Position numbers and translations under genes: made by a program. A model generated the notes under the pieces. It made no database searches. It was not told the origin of the DNA and was given only the letters and a program-made list of their open reading frames with translations. A stretch of DNA of 64,000 nt from Verrucomicrobiales bacterium (GTDB taxonomy: Bacteria; Verrucomicrobiota; Verrucomicrobiia; Verrucomicrobiales; DEV007), in the NCBI GenBank assembly GCA_037969585.1, contig JBBKXR010000163.1, forward strand, positions 17,553 through 81,552, written 5' to 3'. Below are positions 44,444 to 52,199 of this stretch, one piece after another; the stretch's first letter is position 1; each line of letters begins with the position of its first letter.

Positions 44444-45220
44444 ATGCCTAGAGAACTAAGAAAAAGTCGGGCCATGGCTCGCGTCCGCGCCGGCGAAGTG
44501 GTGCGCTCCGCTGTGCTGGGGCACTACATTCCGTCTTTTGTTTGTCATGCCGCGGAGGCGGGGTACGACTGCATTTGGCTCGACATGGAGCATCGCACGT
44601 GGACGACGCGCGAGATTCAATCGCTGATGCCGTTGTTTCATCTCTACGATATCGACTGCATGCTGCGGCCGCCAACGTTGGAAAAAACGGGGCTCTATCG
44701 CTTCCTCGAAGATGGCGTGACTGGCTTAATGATTCCCCACGTGCCGACGGCGGAACGTGCCAAATTTTTGGTCGATGCCGTGAAGTTTCCTCCGATCGGA
44801 GATCGGGGACTCGATAATGCCGGCCTCGACAGCGGCTTTCTTCAGTCCGGCGATGCGCAGGCTTATACCGAGTGGGCAAATCGGGAGACGTTTCTGACGA
44901 TTCAGATCGAAACACCGGAAGCGGTGTCCAATGTTGATCAGATTGCGGCAGTTGATGGCGTCGATTTTCTGTTCGTGGGTCCGGGTGATCTCGGTTTGCG
45001 TCTGGCGCAGTTGGGAGACCATGACGGTTCGCAGTTGGAGGCGGCATTTCAAAAAGTGGCGGCAGCGGCGAAAGCGAACGGCATCGCCTGGGGTTGTCCG
45101 GCATCGGGACCCGAGATGATCGAAAAACGGCGCAGTCAGGGAGCGCAGTATCTGGCGAACAGCGGCGACTTCATGACGTTGAAAAACGGACTGATGGCGG
45201 GGATTAAGCAGTTTGATTAA
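44444..45220 (+). CDS. HpcH/HpaI-family 2-keto-3-deoxy-acid aldolase
   Basis: GYDCIWLDMEH, TIQIETPEA and DFLFVGPGDL are family blocks. Start at ATG 44444. Confidence 0.82.
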   Translation: MPRELRKSRAMARVRAGEVVRSAVLGHYIPSFVCHAAEAGYDCIWLDMEHRTWTTREIQSLMPLFHLYDIDCMLRPPTLEKTGLYRFLEDGVTGLMIPHVPTAERAKFLVDAVKFPPIGDRGLDNAGLDSGFLQSGDAQAYTEWANRETFLTIQIETPEAVSNVDQIAAVDGVDFLFVGPGDLGLRLAQLGDHDGSQLEAAFQKVAAAAKANGIAWGCPASGPEMIEKRRSQGAQYLANSGDFMTLKNGLMAGIKQFD

Positions 45221-45307
45221 AGCACGAACCGCGAGATGACGGATGCTCTGTAGACAGGCGGGAAGCCTGTCGCACGTGACGGCCTCTTCGGATAACCTAT
45301 CGAAAAG

Positions 45308-46099
45308 ATGAAACTGAAAGGCAAAATTGCGTTGGTTACGGGCAGCGCGCAAGGGATTGGTCACGGTTGTGCACTGGCGTTAGCGGAAGAAGGCGCGTCG
45401 CTGATCCTAAACGATCGGCCGGGCAGCACAGAGTTGGCTGGCGTGGTCGAAGCGTTCCGTTCGGAGGGGCACGACTGCGTCGGTATCGAGGCGGATGTGT
45501 TTGATGACGCGGGGCGTGAAGGCTTGGTGGCAGATGCGTTGGAAGCTTGTGGAAGGATCGACATTTTGGTCAGCAACCCTGCCTACAGTCGGCGTGAGGC
45601 GTTTCTCGATTATTCGTTGAAAGACCTGCGTGCGACCTTGGAGGGCACCTTGATTTCGGGTTTTCACGTCAGTCAATTGGTGGCGCGGCACATGGTTGAG
45701 CGTGGTGGTGGCGGTAAGATCATTTACATTTCCAGCGTGCATGCCCGGCTGCCTTTTGCTCGGAGTGCGCCATACGGTGCGGCAAAGGCCGGGCTCGATC
45801 ACTTGGCGCGTTCGGTGGCGGTGGAATTGATTGATCACCGCATCAACGTGAACGCGATCGAACCGGGTTGGATTGATACTCCGGGTGAGCGCAAGGCTTT
45901 TGACGAGGCGACTATTCAGGAGGAGGCAAAAAAAATGCCCTGGGGAAGGATGGGAACACCGCAGGATATCGGCCGCACGGCAGCATTTCTGGCTTCGGAT
46001 GACGCGGATTACATCACCGGTAGCGTGGTGGTGGTCGACGGCGGGTTCCGTTGGAAAGACATGCGCGCGACGGTGCTGGCTTCGGAGAAGGATTCTTAA
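45308..46099 (+). CDS. Classical SDR-family oxidoreductase
   Basis: ALVTGSAQGIGHG (TGxxxGIG), ISSV (Ser), YGAAKAG (YxxxK) and IEPGWIDTP are present. Confidence 0.88.
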   Translation: MKLKGKIALVTGSAQGIGHGCALALAEEGASLILNDRPGSTELAGVVEAFRSEGHDCVGIEADVFDDAGREGLVADALEACGRIDILVSNPAYSRREAFLDYSLKDLRATLEGTLISGFHVSQLVARHMVERGGGGKIIYISSVHARLPFARSAPYGAAKAGLDHLARSVAVELIDHRINVNAIEPGWIDTPGERKAFDEATIQEEAKKMPWGRMGTPQDIGRTAAFLASDDADYITGSVVVVDGGFRWKDMRATVLASEKDS

Positions 46100-46120
46100 T
46101 TCAGTGATAAGGTTTTTGTG

Positions 46121-46921
46121 ATGAGTGATTCACCAACAGTTCAGCAATTGTTCGATCTCAGTGGGCGGACGGCACTAATCAGCGGCGCTTCGGGTTATCT
46201 CGGCAGCGCCATGGCAGCAGCGCTGGCCGAAGTCGGCTGCAATGTCGTCGTCAGCAGCACGGATCTCGCCAGAGCCGAAAAGGCTGCGGCTGGGCTGCCG
46301 CTAACTGTTGATGGTCAGAAGCATCACGGGGTGAGTCTTGACCTGTTCGATCACGATTCGCTTGAGTCGGGTTTTGCCGATGCGGTGGCGGCGGCGGGGA
46401 GCGTCGATATTTTGATTAATAACGCCAACTCGGCGAGCCCCTTTGATTTAAAGAATATTACGGGTGAGATTTTTGATCGGCAGATGCGTCAGGCTTCGGC
46501 CTATTTTCTGTTGGCGCGTCATTTACACGATCATGTCGTCGAAAGAAAAGTCAGCGGCAGTGTGGTGATGATCGGCTCGATGTACGGCGTAGTGGCTTCT
46601 TATCCAGATGCTTACGAAGGGATACGTGTGGCGAGTCCGGTGCAATATCATACGCTGAAGGGTGGGATATTAAATATGACCCGCCACTTGGCTGCGTATT
46701 GGGGAAAAGATGGTGTTCGGGTCAATTGTCTCAGCCCGGGACCGTTTCCGGGAGACAGCGCGCTGCCGGAAATGGTCGAACGCTTGAAGACAAAATCACC
46801 GATGGCCAGGATGGGCCTGCCGCATGAATTGAAAGGCGCGCTGATCCTGTTGGCCAGCGACGCAGGCAGCTACATCACGGGCCAGAATCTGCTCGTCGAT
46901 GGGGGTTGGACAGCTTGGTGA
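46121..46921 (+). CDS. SDR-family oxidoreductase (gluconate-5-dehydrogenase-like)
   Basis: ALISGASGYLGSA, NNAN, GSMYG, YHTLKGG (YxxxK) and ITGQNLLVDGGW are present. Confidence 0.85.
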   Translation: MSDSPTVQQLFDLSGRTALISGASGYLGSAMAAALAEVGCNVVVSSTDLARAEKAAAGLPLTVDGQKHHGVSLDLFDHDSLESGFADAVAAAGSVDILINNANSASPFDLKNITGEIFDRQMRQASAYFLLARHLHDHVVERKVSGSVVMIGSMYGVVASYPDAYEGIRVASPVQYHTLKGGILNMTRHLAAYWGKDGVRVNCLSPGPFPGDSALPEMVERLKTKSPMARMGLPHELKGALILLASDAGSYITGQNLLVDGGWTAW

Positions 46922-46995
46922 ATGGTCGTTGAGAAGGCGCAAATCGACATGCTTCGCCGCTTGATATTGGTGGGCGAACCGCGCAAGATTGCGTA

Positions 46996-47913
46996 ATGAA
47001 TCGACGCAATTTTTTGAGTAGCACCAGCGCAGCCGTTCTCACTGGCGGTCTGGCAACGACGACCGGATTGGCCATCAGCGATCCTTTTCCGCGCACTGGA
47101 CCAGCCCGATTGCGTCTCGGCTTGGCGGCGTATTCGTTCCGCAAGCACTTCGAGTGGATGAAAGGCAAGGCAATCGAATCTCCCGAGTCGCCGAAGATGG
47201 ATATGAAAGGCTTTCTCGATTACTGCGCGAAGCACGGCGCGGGCGGTGCCGAGTTGACCAGCTACTTTTTCCCGGGCGATGCCGACGCAGCTTACTTCGC
47301 GGACATCCGTCGTCACGCGCACCTCTGTGGTGTGGAAGTCTGCGGCACCGCCGTGGGTAATAATTTTTCCAATCCCGAGGGCTCCGAAGAGCGCAAGGAG
47401 CAGATGGATTATGTTAAGCAATGGGTCGATTATGCGGCGCTGATGGGTGCTCCTCATATTCGGGTTTTCGCCGGTAAGCATCCCAAGGGAGTCGACGAAG
47501 CTTCGGCGGAAAAATTTGCCGCTTCGGCTCTCGAAGAGGCGGGCGAATACGCGGGCAAGCAGGGTATTTTTCTGGGTATCGAAAATCACGACAGTATCGC
47601 CGATTCCGGACGCCTGCTACGCATCATCCGGGCAGTCGACAGCCCCTGGGTGGGCGTAAATCTCGATACCGGAAATTTCCGCACTGAGAATCCTTATAAG
47701 GACATCGAGGAGAGCGCTCCTTATGCGGTCAATGTGCAGGTGAAGGTGCAGATGCGCACTCAGAAAGAGGATACGGACCTCGAACGGATCGGCAAGATTC
47801 TGACCGACAGTGGCTATCAGGGCTACTTGGTGCTCGAGTACGAAGAAGACGATAATCCTTTTGAAGCGGTGCCGCCGGTTCTCGATCGCATGCGCAAGTT
47901 CTGCGACGTGTGA
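46996..47913 (+). CDS. TAT-exported xylose-isomerase-like TIM-barrel protein (sugar phosphate isomerase/epimerase family)
   Basis: Twin-arginine leader MNRRNFLSSTSAAVLTGGLATTTGLA. Family blocks HIRVFAG, LGIENH, NLDTGNF and LEYE are present. Confidence 0.82.
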   Translation: MNRRNFLSSTSAAVLTGGLATTTGLAISDPFPRTGPARLRLGLAAYSFRKHFEWMKGKAIESPESPKMDMKGFLDYCAKHGAGGAELTSYFFPGDADAAYFADIRRHAHLCGVEVCGTAVGNNFSNPEGSEERKEQMDYVKQWVDYAALMGAPHIRVFAGKHPKGVDEASAEKFAASALEEAGEYAGKQGIFLGIENHDSIADSGRLLRIIRAVDSPWVGVNLDTGNFRTENPYKDIEESAPYAVNVQVKVQMRTQKEDTDLERIGKILTDSGYQGYLVLEYEEDDNPFEAVPPVLDRMRKFCDV

Positions 47914-47945
47914 CGACGGCTGGGGTGACCTTTGCCTGAGGTTTC

Positions 47946-48509
47946 ATGGACGAAGACGACTTTATGCTCGAACAGGTATTTCCGGAGATACCGGAGGAGT
48001 TTCACTGTTTCGAGACTGGCAAGCCGTTCGAATCCTGTCTGGAATGTCGGTTGCCACTGGTCGATCAGATCGAGTCGCCGTACTATATCTCCAAGGCGTT
48101 TCAGCGCGAAGAGACCATGATGGAGTGGGCGCTGTGTGGCGACTGCGCGCAGCGTTTTCGCGAAGATATCTCGGCAGAGTCTCGTGAACAGATTCAGGGT
48201 TTCCTGGAACAGGCGGATGGTGCTGAAGAACATGTGTTGCGGTCTCCTGAAGAGAAAACTTCCTACTGTTTTATCTGCACGCAGGATCGCAAGAATCTCG
48301 ACGGATTTACGATCCAGGCGATTTGCAGCGGTCATGAGCTAATGAACATGCTGGCGCCGCTGCTGGTTTGTCATCAGTGTGAGGAGAAGGCGGGCGAGTT
48401 GCTGTCCAAGGCCACTCGCGATCACTACGAGCGATTCTTTGCGGACAATTTCCCGGGTCCACCGGCCGAAGGGGTGGATCTGCCGACGCGCAAACCGGTG
48501 CTGATCTGA
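47946..48509 (+). CDS. Hypothetical cytoplasmic protein with four CxxC pairs (putative double zinc site)
   Basis: CLEC, CGDC, CFIC and CHQC are spread over 187 aa. The N-terminus is acidic. No family recognised. Confidence 0.6.
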   Translation: MDEDDFMLEQVFPEIPEEFHCFETGKPFESCLECRLPLVDQIESPYYISKAFQREETMMEWALCGDCAQRFREDISAESREQIQGFLEQADGAEEHVLRSPEEKTSYCFICTQDRKNLDGFTIQAICSGHELMNMLAPLLVCHQCEEKAGELLSKATRDHYERFFADNFPGPPAEGVDLPTRKPVLI

Positions 48510-48513
48510 CCGT

Positions 48514-49398
48514 ATGGTCGCTACGGGAATGGGTATGGCAGCAGAAATTAAAATTCGCCGTCTTGGTGTCGATGATCTCGATTTTGCTGATCGTGTGCGC
48601 GAGCAGGCGGGTTGGAATCAGACGCGCGATGACTGGCGGCGCTTGTTGAGGCTGGAGCCGGAGGGGTGTTTTCTCGCCGAACTCGACGGACAGTCGGCAG
48701 GAACCGCGACGACGACGGTTTACGGCGATAATGATCTGGCCTGGATCGGTATGGTGCTGGTCGATGAGTCAGCCCGTCGGTGCGGCGTCGGCGGTGCGTT
48801 GTTGGCGCGCTGCATTAGCTACCTGCGGGATGAGAGGCAGGTAAAATGCATCAAACTGGATGCGACGCCGGCAGGTCAACCGCTGTATGAGAAGTTGGGG
48901 TTTGTGGCAGAGTGGGGGATCAAGAGGTGGCGTTACACTCCGGGTTCAACGCATGAGCCACTGTGTGATCCATCAGCACGAGCAGCTGATCCTGAGTCGC
49001 TTATTGATGACGAGCGATTGGCGTTAGATCGGGAGACGTTTGGAGCGGACCGTGGCAATTTACTACGCGCGCTGGCGCAGGATGCCCTGATGGTGCGGGC
49101 CGAGGGCACGGGATTCGGAATGGTCAGGCGAGGAGCCTTGGCCAATTACCTGGGGCCGGTGGTCGCCGAGGATTGGGCAAATGCCAGTCCTCTACTGGTG
49201 GATCTGGCAGCCCAGGCGATGTTAGGTGGAAACCCGGTGATTTGGGATATTCCTCTGCACTGCGTTAAGGCTGAAGTTTTTGCACAGAAGTTGGGATTCC
49301 GGCCCGAGCGTCAATTGGTTCGCATGGTTTTAGACGGGGTTGATTTGCAGGAAAATCCCCAGTCTGTGTTTGCCATCGCTGAGCCAGCTTTGGGATGA
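48514..49398 (+). CDS. GNAT-family N-acetyltransferase with C-terminal extension
   Basis: IGMVLVDESARRCGVGGALL (R/Q-x-x-G-x-G/A acetyl-CoA loop) and YEKLGF are present. About 130 extra C-terminal residues. Starts 4 nt after the previous stop. Confidence 0.8.
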   Translation: MVATGMGMAAEIKIRRLGVDDLDFADRVREQAGWNQTRDDWRRLLRLEPEGCFLAELDGQSAGTATTTVYGDNDLAWIGMVLVDESARRCGVGGALLARCISYLRDERQVKCIKLDATPAGQPLYEKLGFVAEWGIKRWRYTPGSTHEPLCDPSARAADPESLIDDERLALDRETFGADRGNLLRALAQDALMVRAEGTGFGMVRRGALANYLGPVVAEDWANASPLLVDLAAQAMLGGNPVIWDIPLHCVKAEVFAQKLGFRPERQLVRMVLDGVDLQENPQSVFAIAEPALG

Positions 49399-49419
49399 TA
49401 GTTTAGCATTGATTCCGAG

Positions 49420-50139
49420 TTGGATTCCGGAAACACTGGAGGTATGGCTGAAGGAACTAAGAGCAAAATGGGCATCGGCTGCTGTTCCGCTATCGCGATA
49501 GTCGCCTGTGCGGCGGTGATGATCGGCGTGATCGGGGGAAAAAGGGCATGGACCTATTTTAAAAAGGCTGCCGAGGAGCAATCGGAAATAGTGGTGGTCG
49601 TCGAGCAATGGGAGGGTTCGCTCGATGGCGCTGCTTCGACGCCGCAATCGCTGTCGCCGGAGAGTGTTGGAGATTTTCAACGAAAGGAGCAAACGCTGGA
49701 CGCTGAGGCACCGGGATTTTCCCTTGGGGCGACGGGGCTGCTCGATGTGTACGGATCGGGTGGCGATGAGATCCGCATCTGGATCGCGGAGACGAGCCAA
49801 ATCGGCATGTCGGCGGCAATCGATAAAATCAAAGAACAGGTAGATGGCCGGTTCAGCATCAAGTCGACGACGTCATTCTTCATGAACGGGGCAGGTCGTT
49901 TGAGCTATTCGGGGTCGCCGCCAGACGAGCAGGGACTGATGATAAATACGGACGATCGAATCTTTTTGATCCAGTCGAATGACAAGTCGGCGGACCTTCA
50001 AGAGTTTTTGTTAGCCTACATCGAAGCTGGAATGGGAAACGCGGGAGAGAGTGATGGCGGTGCGCGTGCCGCCAGTGAATCGGAAGAGAAAAGTCCCGAG
50101 GCTGAGGAGAAAAACGCCACTGACGCCGAGCCGAAGTGA
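49420..50139 (+). CDS. Hypothetical N-terminally anchored protein with acidic tail
   Basis: TM anchor MGIGCCSAIAIVACAAVMIGVIGG, then a soluble domain and the tail ESEEKSPEAEEKNATDAEPK. No motif recognised. Confidence 0.55.
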   Translation: MDSGNTGGMAEGTKSKMGIGCCSAIAIVACAAVMIGVIGGKRAWTYFKKAAEEQSEIVVVVEQWEGSLDGAASTPQSLSPESVGDFQRKEQTLDAEAPGFSLGATGLLDVYGSGGDEIRIWIAETSQIGMSAAIDKIKEQVDGRFSIKSTTSFFMNGAGRLSYSGSPPDEQGLMINTDDRIFLIQSNDKSADLQEFLLAYIEAGMGNAGESDGGARAASESEEKSPEAEEKNATDAEPK

Positions 50140-50396
50140 TCGGAGAAAATTAGTCTTTCCGCTGCTGGGTGTGCGGTGTAATTTTACTGAGCCTGTAGTT
50201 TTTGAGTCGAATGGGCATGGCCTCTCAGCCAAAAGTGAGCAAAGTTCCTGACGCATCCGTTGAATGGTCTGATCTTGAAAGCGGCGTCGATGAGTCGGAG
50301 AGTGTCGCCGCTTAGATTCGGCAAATAGTTGGGGAGTAGTCAAATTCTATAAAGTTGACGATTTCTCACTGATAATGATTTACAGAATATTTTACG

Positions 50397-51944
50397 ATGA
50401 AAACAAAATTAGTTAAATTGGGCTTTTGCCTGCTGTTTGGGGTGGTTCCGGCCACTGTTCGCGCTGATTGGGTCGATTTGTTCGACGGCAAATCACTCGA
50501 TGGCTGGGTGCAGCGAGGTGGCGAGGCCAAGTATACGATCGAAGACGGGGCGGTCGTTGGAACGACGGTGCCGAAAACACCGAACTCTTTCCTCTGCACT
50601 GCCAAGAATTACGGGGACTTTATTCTGGAGTTGGAGTTCAAGGTCGATCCTGAGCTCAACTCTGGTGTGCAGATCCGCAGCAACGAGTTCGCCGAAGGTG
50701 ACAAGCAGCCGGTCGAAGGAAAGACGATTCCTGTCGGCCGTGTCTACGGTTACCAAGTCGAGATCGATCCTTCGGACCGAGCCTACAGCGGTGGCATTTA
50801 CGACGAGGGGCGTCGAGGCTGGCTTGATGATCATGCCGATAACGACGCAGCGCGTTTTGCGTTTCGACAGGGTGAGTGGAATCACTACCGGATCGAAGCG
50901 ATCGGTGATCGCATCAAGACTTTCATCAATGGAGTTCCGGCAGCAGACCTGACGGATGGCATGACGGCCGAAGGTTTTATCGCACTGCAGGTTCACGGGG
51001 TAGGAGATCGTGAGGAGCCGATGCAAGTCAGCTGGCGCAAGATTCGTATCGATACCGCCGACACCATCGAGTTGTCGGAACAAGATTCGTCGGTAGAGGA
51101 GTTTTCTGGCTCCGATGAAGAATATTTCGCCAAAGTCGGTGAAGTGGTGAAGCTCGGCGATGGCTACAAGTTCACGGAAGGCCCAGCTTTCGGTCCAGAC
51201 GCGAAGGTCTACTTTTCCGATATTCCCAATGAGCGGATCATGGTTTTCGATCCTGAATCCAAGCAGGTCTCAGTGTTTCGTGAACAGTCGGGACGCGCCA
51301 ATGGGCTGATGTGGACACCGGCGGATGCTTTGATCGCCTGCGAAGGCGGCAATCGCCGAGTGACGCGCACTGCGGCAGATGGCACGATCGAAGTCATCGC
51401 TGATTCATTTGATGGCAAGAAGCTCAACAGTCCGAATGACTGCGCACTCGATCAGATCGGTGGCGTCTACTTCACCGACCCCCGCTATGGCAAAGACGGT
51501 GGTGATCGTGAGATCGATGTTGAGGCCGTTTATTACATCGACCTTCGTGGCAAGGTGACGCAGGTAGCAGCAGACCTGACGAAACCGAACGGCATCATTT
51601 TCTCACCCGATTATAAGACCCTCTACGTCGCCGACCCCGGCGCTGAGACGATCTGGTCCTACGACGTCGTCGGTGACGGCAAGATCGAGAATCGCAAGAA
51701 ATTCGCGCCGATCGGCAGCGATGGTATGAGCATGGACCAACGCGGCAATGTTTACTGCACCTGGAAGGGTGAGGTATGGATTTACGGAAAGGGTGGCGAC
51801 GAGCTCAAGCGCATAATGCTTCCCGAGGGCCCTGCGAATTGCAGCCTGGTCGGTAACACACTTTACGTGACTGCACGGACGGGGTTCTACGCCGTCGACA
51901 TGGGGCACGCAACGGGACTGCTCCCGCCGCTGCCGCGAAACTGA
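50397..51944 (+). CDS. Exported fusion: DUF1080 (3-keto-disaccharide hydrolase-like) domain + SMP-30/gluconolactonase/LRE-like beta-propeller
   Basis: Signal peptide MKTKLVKLGFCLLFGVVPATVRA. N-terminal half: DWVDLFDGKSLDGW...NSFLCTAKNYGDFILELEFK...NSGVQIRS...GYQVEIDP...NHYRIEA...IALQVH (DUF1080 pattern). C-terminal half: TEGPAFGPD...VYFSDI...NGLMW...LNSPNDCALD...VYFTDP...PNGIIFSPD..LYVAD (lactonase propeller pattern). Confidence 0.8.
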   Translation: MKTKLVKLGFCLLFGVVPATVRADWVDLFDGKSLDGWVQRGGEAKYTIEDGAVVGTTVPKTPNSFLCTAKNYGDFILELEFKVDPELNSGVQIRSNEFAEGDKQPVEGKTIPVGRVYGYQVEIDPSDRAYSGGIYDEGRRGWLDDHADNDAARFAFRQGEWNHYRIEAIGDRIKTFINGVPAADLTDGMTAEGFIALQVHGVGDREEPMQVSWRKIRIDTADTIELSEQDSSVEEFSGSDEEYFAKVGEVVKLGDGYKFTEGPAFGPDAKVYFSDIPNERIMVFDPESKQVSVFREQSGRANGLMWTPADALIACEGGNRRVTRTAADGTIEVIADSFDGKKLNSPNDCALDQIGGVYFTDPRYGKDGGDREIDVEAVYYIDLRGKVTQVAADLTKPNGIIFSPDYKTLYVADPGAETIWSYDVVGDGKIENRKKFAPIGSDGMSMDQRGNVYCTWKGEVWIYGKGGDELKRIMLPEGPANCSLVGNTLYVTARTGFYAVDMGHATGLLPPLPRN

Positions 51945-51968
51945 CCGACGACGACGACGGAGGCGCGA

Positions 51969-52145
51969 TTAAAAGTCGCCGCGCAGGATGTCGTCGTGCA
52001 TATCCTGCACGTTCTGCTGATTCTCGATGCGATCCGGTGCCGGGTAGTTAGCTTCGGTAGGATCACCCGGATGTTCAACGGTGCCGCAAGCCGACAGTCC
52101 GATGGTAACGATCGAAAGAATGATGAAATAGCCAAAAGCACGCAT
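51969..52145 (-). CDS. Small hypothetical lipoprotein
   Basis: MRAFGYFIILSIVTIGLSACGTVEHPG has a textbook lipobox (LSAC). 58 aa from ATG 52145 (ORF track 51969..52163). Confidence 0.5.
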   Translation of the reverse strand: MRAFGYFIILSIVTIGLSACGTVEHPGDPTEANYPAPDRIENQQNVQDMHDDILRGDF

Positions 52146-52199
52146 GCCAGATAGTAGGCGCACGCGGTGAGCGACTTCAAGAACGAAGTTCTGGCCAGT

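Noticed and set aside
48026-48035. gttcgaatcc, a tRNA T-arm-like motif
   Set aside because: It lies in frame within the CxxC-protein gene (encodes ...PFESC...). I could not build a flanking acceptor, D or anticodon stem. Treated as coincidental.
51946-51957. (CGA)x4 microsatellite-like run after the DUF1080-SMP30 gene
   Set aside because: It is a 12-nt trivial repeat in a convergent intergenic spacer, with no evidence of function or phase variation.
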